Shown here piece by piece: positions 1 to 12,152 of a stretch of DNA of 64,000 nt. The position numbers were made by a program, and so were the translations under genes. How positions within the stretch are numbered: the stretch's first letter is position 1; each line of letters opens with the position of its first letter. The stretch comes from Eledone cirrhosa (taxonomy: Eukaryota), in assembly GCA_964016885.1 (NCBI GenBank), contig OZ024742.1:213156001-213220000 (forward strand). Direction: 5' to 3'. Below the pieces are notes generated by a model. It was not told where the DNA came from. It worked only from the letters and a program-made list of their open reading frames with translations, and did no database searches.

Positions 1-620
1 CATTCTAACCACATGTACATAATATCGGAGCTGTGATTTTTTCAATTTGTAGAAGTAGCGTCTCTACGTGGAGTGACTCTTTGATCTTCGAGCTACGCAC
101 CCTATCGAGTAACGTTACTCCAAAGACCCTTCAGAGGAACCTCATTTCGGCCGCTTGTATTAGCGATCCCACTCTTTCGGCCATTACCCAAGATTCATGA
201 CAGGTAAGGTTTGGCTTGACTACCGAATTGATGATGGTGAGTTTGGATTTTACACCTGTCTCCCTTCTTCTGATTACTGAATGCTGAAGCTGGCGCATTA
301 CTGCACCAGCTCCTGCAACTCTTGCATTTAATTCAGCCTCCCGTCTTCCATCACTCGTGAACACGACCCCGAGATAGTTGAACTATCCACTTTCTTCAGT
401 GGACCTCCATTCACATGTAGAGTGTACTGTTCAGGCTTCCTTGAGAGGACGAGTTTTCCCAGCACCGATTTTCACTCCAGCCATATAGCACTCGGCATCA
501 AGTGCATGTCGAAGATCAGACTATCAAGTTAAGTAATACCATGTCTTCTGCAAATTCCAGCCGACTGATTTTTACCTCCTTGACGTGACACCACCTCTAA
601 CCCGGCTGTCAATCCTGTTT
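1..620 (-). mobile_element. Decayed RTE-clade LINE fragment (RT C-terminal part/thumb)
   Basis: Minus-strand translation FNYLGVVFTSDGRREAELNAR...CHESWVM...IQAAEMRFL matches the RTE pattern (YLG; YG.E.W; AEMRFLR). Broken by stops and frameshifts. Confidence 0.7.
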
Positions 621-628
621 ATGTAAAT

Positions 629-1164
629 AATTGTTTCTACGTTTTAGCACAAGGCCAGCAATTTCTCAGTGCATTACTGGTACTTTATTTTATCGACCCC
701 GTAAGGATGAAAGGCAAAGTCAACCTCAGCGAGATTTGAACTCAGGTAAATAATGAACAGGAGATGCAACAGTATACATTTTTGGTGGAGTCCGACTCCC
801 ACATTTTTTGGTTCAATTGAATACAAATACTCGGGCATTCATATAGAGACAACAGGGCAACAAGAAGCTGGCCATTGATCCCATACTCTTGCAGAACCAT
901 ACATTTTCTTGTTCCTAAATTACAAATCAATATTAGGGTGATATGTATAAACAACTGTTTAGCCAACTACTTTTTCTTATTATTTGGCAGTATCGGTAGA
1001 GGGTCGGACGCCATGCTTTCCAGCATAGTTACGTCCCTTTACGATCTGAATTCAAATCCCGCCGAGGTTGACTTTGCCTTTCATCCTTACGGGGTCGATA
1101 AAATAAAGTACCAGTAATGAACTGGGTAATTGATGGCCTTGTGCCTAAAGTAGAAACAATTATT
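629..1164. mobile_element. Two copies of tRNA-derived SINE family A (629-744 minus, partial; 984-1164 plus)
   Basis: A-box-like TGGCAGTATCGGTAGAG, B-box-like GAGTTCAAATCC, core GCCTTTCATCCTTACGGGGTCGATAAAATAAAGTACCAG and 3' end GCCTTGTGCCTAAAGTAGAAACAATTATT. The same sequence recurs more than 20 times in the window. Confidence 0.85.
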
Positions 1165-1544
1165 TTCTTAGTTTAAATACACTGAAGATGAGTTTTTACT
1201 TTAATCAATCTTTAGTCAATAAAATGTACCAGTCATGTACTGGGTATTTCTTCTAATTAATTTTGACAAAAAAGATTAAAGTAAACTAAAGGAAAATATG
1301 CAAATGTAATGACATGCAAGCTTAGGTTAGGTCAAACAAACGAAGATCGGCAGGGAGAGAATTCAGGAAGAATTACTGATACTTGACAACAGCCGACTCG
1401 AACAAGATAACCACAAATACATGACGTCAACATAACTTACTGACTTATCTATCACTTGTTGAACAGCAATTCTCCTTTCAAACAGTTATCAGAGATAGAC
1501 ACAATTTCACATTGTTTGCTTAGAATGGAAAGGTTGAAATATGG

Positions 1545-1776
1545 ATGAATGCAAAACAGGGATATTTAAAGAATGAGGACGTTGTGTGTGACTACGGCAT
1601 CGAACCACAGACTACGCAGCACCTCCTGATATACCCCCTGCTGGAACACCCCTGCACAGCATTGGACTTGGCAGAGTTCAATGAGAAAAGACAGCAATGT
1701 GTTCAGCGGTGGAAGAACCACATCTAGCCAAGCTTTGTAACTGACACTCTTGTGGACACGACAAGAAGAAGAAGAA
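1545..1776 (+). mobile_element. 3' end of a Vingi/Ingi (I-group)-like LINE with (GAA)n tail
   Basis: C-terminal knuckle-like CDYGIEPQTTQHLLIYP...CTALDL followed by a stop, a short UTR and GACACGACAAGAAGAAGAAGAA. Confidence 0.5.
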
Positions 1777-1937
1777 TTCAAATAGATCCGGAGGAAAGTT
1801 ACACGAAAAACGGTTTTCTATTTCCAGAAAATCAGTAAATCTGAATCATGGAGTTTCTAAAAAATTCTCTAAATGTTTCTCAATTTTCGAAGTATAGTAA
1901 ACAGAAAGATTATATGAGTGTATTGAGAGTGATACAT

Positions 1938-2352
1938 AATTATTTCAACACTAGGCAGGAGGCCAACAATTTGAAGGAAAAGGGAAAGTCGATTAAATCG
2001 ACCCCAGTGCATTACTGGTGCTTTATTTTATCGACCCCGTAAGGATGAAAGGCAAAGCTAACTTCTGCTGGGTTTGAACTCAGAATGTAAAGGGTCGTAA
2101 CTATATGCAGCAAAGCATGTTGTCCGATACTCTACCGATACTGTCAATCTACCACCCTAGAGAGTTAGATAATTGTTTCTACTTTTGGCACAAGGCCAGC
2201 AAATATCCCAGTGCATTACTGGTACTTTATTTTATTGATCTCGTGAGGATGAAAGGCAAAATTAACCTCGGCGGGATTTGAACTCAGTCCGTAAAGGAAC
2301 GTAACTCTATGCTGGAAAGATAGCGACCGACTCTCTACCAATACTGCCAATC
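1938..2352 (-). mobile_element. Two tandem SINE family A copies
   Basis: Reverse complement of the SINE A consensus at 1938-2157 and 2170-2352. Confidence 0.85.
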
Positions 2353-2516
2353 CAAAGCTCTGGCGTCTAGTTATAAATTTGATCATTAGTTAAATTTGGA
2401 TTTCAGAAAAGGTTCATGTTATGAGAAGGAGATAGAAAGGAAATGGTTGTATGTTATGAAGATTATGCGGCTGTAGAAAAAGAATATTTCGGAATAACAA
2501 CAGTATGTGTGGTTAA

Positions 2517-2548
<32 letters not shown>

Positions 2549-2780
2549 AGTTTAGGAAATATAAATTATGAAAAAGTTAACTCTAACGGGGAGCTATATG
2601 TCATATCATTACAACTAAGATTTCTGTACTGGTGCATTTTCTCACGAGATCATTTTCCTTGTTGACATGGCTCATGGCCTGATCTGGCTCCTTTTAGCAC
2701 CATATTCTTTCTCTTCTCTATTACCATCTCTATCTTAGATTTCTCTTTTACCTTTGACGACCGCTCCAGTTTTATTGACA

Positions 2781-3068
2781 GTGAGTTCGATTCTCGGACC
2801 GGCCTTTGCGTTGTTCTTGAGCAAGACACTTTATTTCACGTTGCTCCAGTTCACTCAGCTGCAAAAATGAGTTGCGATGTCACTGGTGCCAAGTTGTATT
2901 GGCCTTTGCATTTCCTTTTGACAACATCGGTGGCGTGTAGAGGGGGGGGGGGACTGGTATGCATGGGTGACTGCTGGTCATCCACAACCTTGGCCGGGCT
3001 TGTGCCTCGGAGGGGAACTTTCTATGTGCAAATCCCATGGTCATTCGTGGCAGAAGGAGGACTTTAGC
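2781..3068 (+). mobile_element. SINE family B (tRNA head, CORE/V-SINE-like body)
   Basis: B-box GAGTTCGATTC followed by TTCTTGAGCAAGACACTTTATTTCACGTTGCTCCAGTTCACTCAGCTG...AAATGAGT, resembling conserved SINE central domains (by recollection). Confidence 0.55.
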
Positions 3069-3369
3069 CTTTATTGTTTGCATGACAAAGCTTCCCTTTA
3101 ACATTTCCATCACCTCTCGGTTTTTCCATTATCTGTCGAACTTAGAGCAGGAGTGATATCCCAACTTTACTTCCACATCCTGTATCATGTTTGAAAGCTT
3201 TAATTTCCTCATCATGACCATTTCGGCGATGGGATTCAGGATAACATTTCATGAATAATACTTGATCTTGGCCTCCATAGTTACAACTATGCTTTGGGAT
3301 CAACAAGAACTTCAGGCTGTAGATATCATATCTTCACAGAGACGACAGTGATATATAACCCTTAGGCGT

Positions 3370-3485
3370 TTGTATATATATACGTGATAATATATACAAT
3401 ATAATAAATATATGATACAATATAATATAGTATATATTATGTATGTATGTATGTATGTATGTATGTATGTATGTATGTATGTATG

Positions 3486-3516
<31 letters not shown>

Positions 3517-3680
3517 GCATACACGCATGTATATATATATATATATATATATAGTAATAATATATATATATATACGCATGTATATATATATATAGTAATA
3601 ATATATATGTGATTGTGTGTGTGTGTGTGTGTGTCTACATAATATATGCATCATCACATACATACTTACATACAGATGGT

Positions 3681-3711
<31 letters not shown>

Positions 3712-3790
3712 GTGTGTGTGTATGTGTGTATGTGTGTGTGTATGTGTGTGTGTGTGTATAAAATATTTTTATACACATATGTATGTGTGT
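3370..3790. repeat. Compound microsatellite (TATG)n/(TA)n/(TG)n/(CT)n
   Basis: Directly visible. Confidence 0.95.
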
Positions 3791-4161
3791 GAGTATAAAA
3801 TATTTTTTAAAACATCGTTGGATTCAAAAATAGAATGGTGAGTTTCTACATTTGTTGTTGACATAGCACATAAATATGAAAGTATTTTACAGTACCCCTA
3901 ATAAGACGTTGGCTTACAATGTATTACTATACTATCTGGTGTTTCCTTTTAGAAATAGATTTATCATAAAATCAAATCTAGTTCAGACTATCTGGCAGGA
4001 GATGAACATACTTAGCGTGAATAATAAAAATGTGACGGATAGAGATATATTGAGAGAGAGAGAGGCAGAGTGTGAAAGAGTAAGCGTAGAGATAAAAATA
4101 AAATTGGTCAATAGAAATAGGAAAGGGACATTAGCCACAATAAGAAAATAAGTTGAAAATA

Positions 4162-4687
4162 ATATGTTTCTACTTTAGGCACAAGGCCAGCAATTACCCA
4201 GTTCATTACTGGTACTTTATTTTATCGACCCCGTAAGGATGAAAGGTAAAGTCAACCTCGGCGGGATTTGAACTCAGATCGTAAAGAGACGTAACTATGC
4301 TGGAAAGCATGGCGTCCGACCCTCTAATAATATTGTTTCTACTTTTGGCACAAGGCCAGCAATTATCCCAGTGCATTACTGGTACTTTATTTTATCGACC
4401 CCGTAAGGATGAAAGGCAAAGTTAACCTTGGCGGGATGTGAACTCAGATCATAAAGGGAGGTAACTCTATGCTTCAAAGCATGGCGTCCGACCCTTACCG
4501 ATACTGCCAATCCACCGAGGATTATAAATGGAGGCTAGAATATGGAGAGAAGAAATAATTGTCTCAACTTTAGGCACAAGGCCAGCAATTACCCAGTGCA
4601 TTACTGGTACTTTATTTTATCGACCCCGTAAGGATGAAAGGCAAAGTCAACCTCGGCGGGATTTGAACTCAGATCGTAAAGGGACGT
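4162..4687 (-). mobile_element. Three tandem SINE family A copies
   Basis: Copies at about 4162-4327, 4330-4517 and 4556-4687. Confidence 0.85.
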
Positions 4688-4809
4688 GCAGAGGAAAATG
4701 ATAGCAAAGCGTAGGTATCAGAGAACAACCGAATACAAGACACAGAAAGAAGTGGATGTGGAAAGAAATTTGTAAATATATATAAAAAAGACGTAGGATA
4801 TTAAGTAAG

Positions 4810-5110
4810 GTATATATACACACACATACATATGTACATATATGTATGTGTGTGTGTAGGTATGTATGTATGCATGCTTGTATGTGATGTGTGTGTATGT
4901 ATGTATGTATGTATGTACGAACATACGTACGTATGCATGTATGTATGTGATGTGCACGATGTGTGTATGTACGTGATGTATGTGATGTGTTGTGTGTGTG
5001 TGTGTGTATGTGTATGTGTGTGTGTGTGTGTGGAGTGTCTCCGAAATGCTAAGTTGGTATATTGACGAATTACAATCCCGATCACAAGCACTGCGGTTTC
5101 AGATTAACTG

Positions 5111-5194
<84 letters not shown>

Positions 5195-5195
5195 C
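4810..5195. repeat. Compound microsatellite (TATG)/(TG)/(CA)/(TA)
   Basis: Directly visible. Confidence 0.95.
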
Positions 5196-5798
5196 AATTG
5201 GCTGTAGCACTAATATAGTGTTAAGCATAATAGATGTGCATATGAAATCACATATATTTTTATATACAATAAACACACGAGAATCTCGCTATCAAGGAAA
5301 AATATTTTGTCGTTATGAAAAAAATATTTCTCTTTTGCTCTGTGAACATGTCACAGATAACTCAGTAGCTGTTGAGAATTTTGACAGCTGCTTCAAGATT
5401 TGTTAATATCCCATCAGTGGCATTAAGATAGCGTTAATCCTAATACAGGTGTATCTCAAAGCCTGTACAGGAATCGACCTCGGAGAACTGGGTCCAGGAA
5501 CGCTGGATCATGCGGTATGGAGAGGAATTGTCGAGAATTATATATGCGTGTATGTGCGTGTTTGTATATGTACATACGCATGTATGTATGCTGCTGAAAG
5601 TGAGCACACAATGATGACGACGATTGCGTGTATGTACATGTGTAAGTAAGTAGTTGTGTACTTCTAAATACGTATATGTAGGTTGCAGTATGAATATACT
5701 ATATTTTCTTTTTCATAATATTCTAACATCTATTTGCTACAGGGTGAATAAAAAAATACTGACAGCTTCCTTTAGTTTGTCATCAGACACACCCATAA

Positions 5799-5829
<31 letters not shown>

Positions 5830-6388
5830 GTTTTTCTGTTTTTTTGTTTTTTTGGGTTTTTTTGTTTTTTTGTGAATGTGTCTGTTGATTTGGCATATTG
5901 TTGATTAGTTTAAGAGAAGTTCGAAGATAATAGTAAGATATGCACTCAGTATTTTGAATCTGTCTGCAGAATTCCCTAGACCTTTGTCACTTAGTAGAAC
6001 CTTAATGACTTTAGCTTTTAAAGAATCTCCCTTTTCTTTAATTCTATCGAGCATGAATGACCCCCCCACTGATTTTATAGACATCTGCTAGCTTAAGAGA
6101 AACTTATTGACAAGGAATGGTATGCCATCCGGAACCTGTTTATAGAATTCTGTCTGCCTTTGTTACTGTAAAAACATAAATAAATATAAATTAACTATAG
6201 CTATGTAGAATTAGCTTTTAATGAATTCCCTTCTCTATCAACCAATGACCTGCACCCATCCCACTCCCCACCCTCTCCTACCACTTGTAGAGACCTATAA
6301 ATACCATATTTATTTTTTGATACCCAGATTCCTGATGATTTCTAATGAATGAAACAGTTCAAGTCCTGTAGAATCTCATCTATATTAA

Positions 6389-6473
<85 letters not shown>

Positions 6474-6515
6474 CATATATGCATTTATATATGTACAGTA
6501 TATATATATATATGT

Positions 6516-6742
6516 ATAGGAACAAGTATGACCCCGACGGCAGAGCTCAAGCTGTTTCGACGGCTATTTCTGGACTAAAACAAAAAAATTTGTTTTTCTT
6601 CTTTTAGTCCAGAAATAGCCGTCGAAACGGCTTGAGCTCAGCCGTCGGGGTCATACTTGTTCCTATTACTCACTCTACTACCCTAAGTATTGAGTACTTT
6701 GGTGCGTTATGGTCCATCTGGTTCCTTACCACAATTCCTTCG

Positions 6743-6744
<2 letters not shown>
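6516..6744 (+). mobile_element. Mini fold-back derivative of the Penelope-like family at 47731-51850
   Basis: Inverted arms 6516-6580/6602-6666 plus a tail 6667-6744 closely matching the reverse complement of 47731-47810. Flanked by (TA)n. Confidence 0.8.
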
Positions 6745-6825
<81 letters not shown>

Positions 6826-6873
6826 CATATATATATATATACGTATATATACATATATAATTACGCACACACA

Positions 6874-6912
<39 letters not shown>

Positions 6913-7128
6913 ATGTGTGTGTGTATTTCCTTTTCTCACTAGTCAGTTCTTTCGTTGCTACAGATCACGCGGCTGAATTAGCGGTCGCTATTTTCAATTT
7001 GCAAAGCCCTTTAAACTGTATGTTATTACTTTGAGGTCTATTCCTCGTCGAGTGCTTGGCTGCACTGCTGAAGGCATTCGTTGGCTTGGCTGCTGATCGA
7101 ACTTCGAATATGCTGTACTATTGTATAT

Positions 7129-7180
<52 letters not shown>

Positions 7181-7186
<6 letters not shown>

Positions 7187-7597
7187 ATATTTGGGGAGGG
7201 TCATATTTGCGTAATATTGCCAGAATTAATAACAGAACACACTCACTGTTTGGTTGGTTTTCGCTTCTCGCTGTCTTTTATATATATATATCTGCGATCT
7301 AACCTACTCGGTCCTCAATGTTGCCATTGACTGACCGGCGGTCAAAAATATTGTCTATATTGTATCTGTATTATTTTTGACCGCCGGTCAGTCAATGGCA
7401 ACATTGAGGACCGAGTAGGTTAGATCGCAGATATATATATATAAAAGACAGCGAGAAGCGAAAACCAACCAAACAGTGAGTGTGTTCTGTTATTAATTCT
7501 GGCAATATTACGCAAATATGACCCTCCCCAAATATAACAATATCTGTTTCGACACACGATTTCATATAAAAAACCTCGCAAAACTAATTCATCGCCG

Positions 7598-7598
<1 letters not shown>
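7181..7598. mobile_element. Fold-back element (about 170-bp inverted arms plus one-sided tail) in (TA)n, probably Penelope pLTR-derived
   Basis: Arms 7181-7350/7372-7541; the ORF track shows the same peptide on both strands. The terminus ATTGTTAT..TTTGGGGAGGGTCAT is shared with 9995 and 51951. Confidence 0.75.
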
Positions 7599-7641
<43 letters not shown>

Positions 7642-9360
7642 GAAAGGTATAGAAAACATTGTAGCAAAAAGCCAACAGCATTCCATAATATATATACACA
7701 TATGTATATATGTGTGTAAATGTTTGTGTGTAGTATGTATGCATGTATGTATACACTCGACAGATAGTGATTTCGTTGCAGTGATAAGCAAATAATTTGA
7801 AGAGTGGGAGAGAGAGAAAATGAGAGAGAGAGAGAGTAAAAAAGTAATAAAAAAGACAACACAGTGGTTAGTAGAGGCGTGATATGTTATGTATATTTTT
7901 AGTTGATCTTCATCAATAACATTCTTCGGAGTCATCATTAACAATTTCATATTACTTCTCTTTCTCCCACTAAATCTCTTATCCTCTCTTTACTACCCAC
8001 TTCTGTATGTCTGTCAATCTCTCTCCCTCTCTCTCTCGCCTTGTTATTCGTGGTATGAATGATTCTTCCCCGTTTCTCTATTAGTTGTCCAAATTCAGTG
8101 GCTATTGTGTTTTTCTGAGACTATCCCCGCAGCCATGAATGGTCTACAATCAATATCAAGAAACAATTTTTACTTCAGAAAAAGAAAATAAGACAAAGAA
8201 AGGAAAACCATTCATAGGAAAGCGTAAAAGTCGATTAATTTTTCCGCCAGATGTAAAGCAAGGAAATAATGTATTTATGAAAGTGTAGACTGCCGGATTA
8301 ATTAACTTACATTATTTAAATTTTGTTGCTCTAGGTTCTATGCAGCAATCCCAGTAGGGATGTTGCCATTGCCTTTCATCCGTTGTTTTTGTTTTACACT
8401 ATGTCAGCCTTGATTAAGAAAATATATGATCAAAGTCATACCAGTGATAGCCCCTTCGCTCTATTTTCTTGGTCAGTGCAATTAAAGCTATATTATAACG
8501 CAAAGAAGCCTTTAACCTAGCTATGAAGTGACGAGCATCACATGGATTGTAGATTGAATCGACTAGTTTTATATTTCACAAGAGATTCGTCAAGGATTGC
8601 TTCCCTAGTAATTCAAGCTTCCGAAGTCAAAACGTATAGAATTTATTATTGGAAATGTAAACAAATTATGATAAGCATAATGAAATTTATATCATGATTC
8701 ACAGTTGACGAATGAAATAACTATTGTACCAATACAGCATTGTCATGAATAATTTTATATGAGCAAGGAATATTTAATAAACATATTTAGTTTTGCATTG
8801 GGTAACATAGCCCTAGGTACTGTATGTGAGAAAAAAGGACGGGGTGATCTCAGGTCGCAGTCCTTTGCAACCAGGGTTAAATTCGGGTTAAGCAACATGC
8901 ATACACAGACACACGCGCGCACACATGCACACAAATACATACATATATATATATAATATAATATATATAATTTCGTAAAAGAATAAACTTTAGAACATCA
9001 CAAAATAGGGTGATTGTGCAAGAAAAGGGGACACTGACAACTGACCTCAGAAGGATAAGTGAAATACTAACGAAACGATCTAAAGGTCTTTACACTACCC
9101 CGATACAAAACATGAAAATAAAGGAAACATTCGCCTTCTTCAACGCTACAGTTCTACACAAGGAAGTAGCAATATTCATTACACCGATGCAAAGGAGGAA
9201 TTTATGTAAAAATGAGCTCGTAAATTCAGCAACAGCCCCTAATAGGCTTCCTACAATACTTTTGAAAATTAGACAAAAAAAACAAACAAAAAAAACTCTT
9301 CATATATTTTTCAATCTCCTCCAAAATTTGAAAGAAAGGAAGAAAGTAAAGAAGAAGCTA

Positions 9361-9541
9361 AATAATGGTCTCTGATTTAGGCACGAGGAAATCAATTTTA
9401 GGAGAGGGGGAAGTCGATTAAATCGACTCTAGTGCGTTACTGGTACTTAATTCTATCGATTTCGGTGCGATTTGAACTCAGAACATAAAGGAATGTAATA
9501 ATATACCGCAAAGCTCTACCAATACTGTCAATCCACCACCC
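9361..9541 (-). mobile_element. Degenerate SINE family A copy
   Basis: GTCGATTAAATCGAC...TACTGGTACTT...ATTTGAACTCAG...CAATCCACCACCC. Confidence 0.7.
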
Positions 9542-9994
9542 TGAAGATGCTAAATAATATAAGCTTTTCTCTCTGACTTCTTATTTCAAAACCGTAGAAC
9601 CCAAAGAGAAACTGATTTTTTCCTAAAAGGAAAATTACTTGCTAACTAACCCTTAGTTCGGTTTCCGTCTGGGTAAAAGTTGCCTCATACAGGCCCAACA
9701 ATATTACAACTAGTTATTAAAACACCTGCCAAACTGTAGATATGGCATATATCGTAAAGACATTCAATAAAGTTATCATGGAATGGTATCTCACAAACTA
9801 CACAATCTCAGTTGCAGTATTACGTGAGTTGCTATATACATTTTAAGCGATATAAATCAAGCTGATACAGCCAGATGTGTTCTTTTAAAGCATCTAATAA
9901 TTTTGAGTGAAAAACCTACAATACGTATGGGTTAGGTTGAAAATATGTAACCTTGATATGAGGAGTTTACATTTTAATATAACTTTAATGTAAT

Positions 9995-10460
9995 ATTGTT
10001 ATGCTTTGGGAGGGTTATGGTGCCAATAGGAAACACACGCACCAGTTGCTTTCACTCCAATTTATTATAAATTAAATTTATAAATTTCCGGTTGGTTGGT
10101 TCCACAACCGGACGGTTGTTCATATTTTGTCAAAGTTCTTTCGTCACACATTCTGTGACCTCTTCAGTGATTGGGGATTCTTTTCTTTGTTTTTGTGCCT
10201 CTCCTTTGTTCTATCCTACGCCATCTTGTTTTTTTGTGTGTTGTGTGCTTAGTTTGCGCATGTGTTACATCCGGGTGTCTGTGTGTGTTTATATTTGTTT
10301 ATTTATTTGTTTATTTACATGTTACTGGTTGGTTGTTTGTTCTATGTGTGTGTGTGTTTTCATTTTGTCCTTAATTGTAAGTTGTGATGTTGCTATTCCA
10401 TTCATGTTTTCTATTTAATTTTAATGTAATATTTTCATTAATATTGATGTTGTTATTTTG
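9995..10460 (-). mobile_element. Penelope-like pLTR/3' end with hammerhead
   Basis: 9995-10100 matches 51951-52118. Contains a hammerhead motif on the minus strand. Confidence 0.55.
10130..10170 (-). ncRNA. Minimal type I hammerhead ribozyme
   Basis: Minus strand: TCA-CTGAAGA-GGTCACAGAATGTGTGAC-GAAA-GAAC-TT-TGA (stem I TCA/TGA, stem II GTCACA/TGTGAC). Confidence 0.6.
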
Positions 10461-12083
10461 TATATTGTATATTATATGTATATGCGAGTGTCAATCTCTT
10501 TCGAGACCAAAGATAGAAACAAAATCTAATGTCTCAATCCTGTGATTGTCCATCACCTGCTATTCTTTATCTCAATTATTGCTTTAACATCAAAACAACT
10601 TTCAACGTGACTAAGATATTTTATTAATTCTTCTTACATTGAAATGTTTTGACTTTTGTCATATGATTGTTTAAAGAATTAAAATCGTTACTTTTGACAC
10701 CTAAACTATAAAAGTATCTCTTGTCTTACTGATTTACTTTTTAGAAATAGCTTTAAAATTTATATTAACTCTTTTCGTTTGAAAATTTAAAGCTTTCTAT
10801 AATCAGCTTTACTCCATCGATTTATTTAAAACATGAAGTCCATAGGTAGATTTTCTTTTCTAATTTAGTTTTGTTATTTGACATTTAATTTACTTGCAAT
10901 TGTTATTTATTTCATAGATGAAAATCTGATAACGCTGCGGGCAGACAAGTTTGAAAATTTCAGCGGAAGTTGATTCGTGCATAGAAAACCAATGTTGGAG
11001 AGCACAGTATCTTCAACACACTGCTTACTTTAAAAATAGAATTTGATAGCTCCATAACATCACCGTGTGTGGCTGTGTGTTTTGGTAATTATACATCTAT
11101 TGAGTAAGAAGATACTTGAAATACTATAAGAGACACTGAGTGGGAGGGAGGAAGAGAAGAGTGCGAAGGATGAGAGAAAGAAGAATAAAAGCAAAGAGTA
11201 AATAGGTATGTCTGTGTATATATTTGTTAATATAGAACTGTGTAGCACAGGCGAGTGAGAAAGCGAGTGTAAGTACAGGTGTGTGTTTCTAAAGGTGACA
11301 AGAAAACAAGCTCTATTTCTACTCGACCTCAATTGCAGACAAATAGTTCACTATAGTGTGGAGTTTATATAATCCAGTGTCTCGAATGAACTCGTCACCC
11401 ACTCAAACGCATTTTCGGTGTTGTCACACGATCTGCCCTTAGTTGAGCTGATGTTCTCTAAGTAGGTCACATGTGGCTTCCTGTAGGTTATAGTTTTGTT
11501 TGCTTTTCAGGTGAGATGTTATTGGAGAGATTAACATTCACAAATTCATTTTTCGTTACGTTTTCGTTTTGAATAATCATTATTAAGACAATGAAGGACA
11601 GTGGCTTATCAGAGTCGACAGAGAGGTGGGAAAATACTGTGTAGTATTTAGTTATGCCTCTTTACTTTCTGATTTCAAATATCACCGAGGTTAATTTTAC
11701 CTTTTATCCTGTCGTGTTTGATGAATGAAATACAACGGAAGATATAATCGACTATACCAAAACACGCAGATATATGGCCTTGTGCCGATGCTAGAGAGCA
11801 ATTCGGTAGTGTTTTATCAACAGACATTATCACAGCAATTACCAAATAGAAACTCTATCTAGGGATATTTATAATCTAAAAGCCTCAAGCAAGGAAATAA
11901 TTCCAATAAGGTAAGTTGGTCGAAATATTTTGACAATCCAGGTAACGTAAATTTGATATGGATGTGGTCTTTCAGTTCAACTGCATGTATGGATGCAGAG
12001 TAGGTACATAAGCAAAATATCTTCCCAATGGCAGGTCTTTATTTCAGCTCACTATCAAGCCTCGTCACAGGGTCTTCCTTTGG

Positions 12084-12152
<69 letters not shown>
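12084..12152 (+). repeat. (TCTA)n tract upstream of the Tx1 train
   Basis: Directly visible. Not preceded by an element 3' end. Confidence 0.95.

Noticed and set aside
984-1075. SINE heads as tRNA genes
   Set aside because: A and B boxes are present but there is no complete cloverleaf, and they continue into the SINE body.
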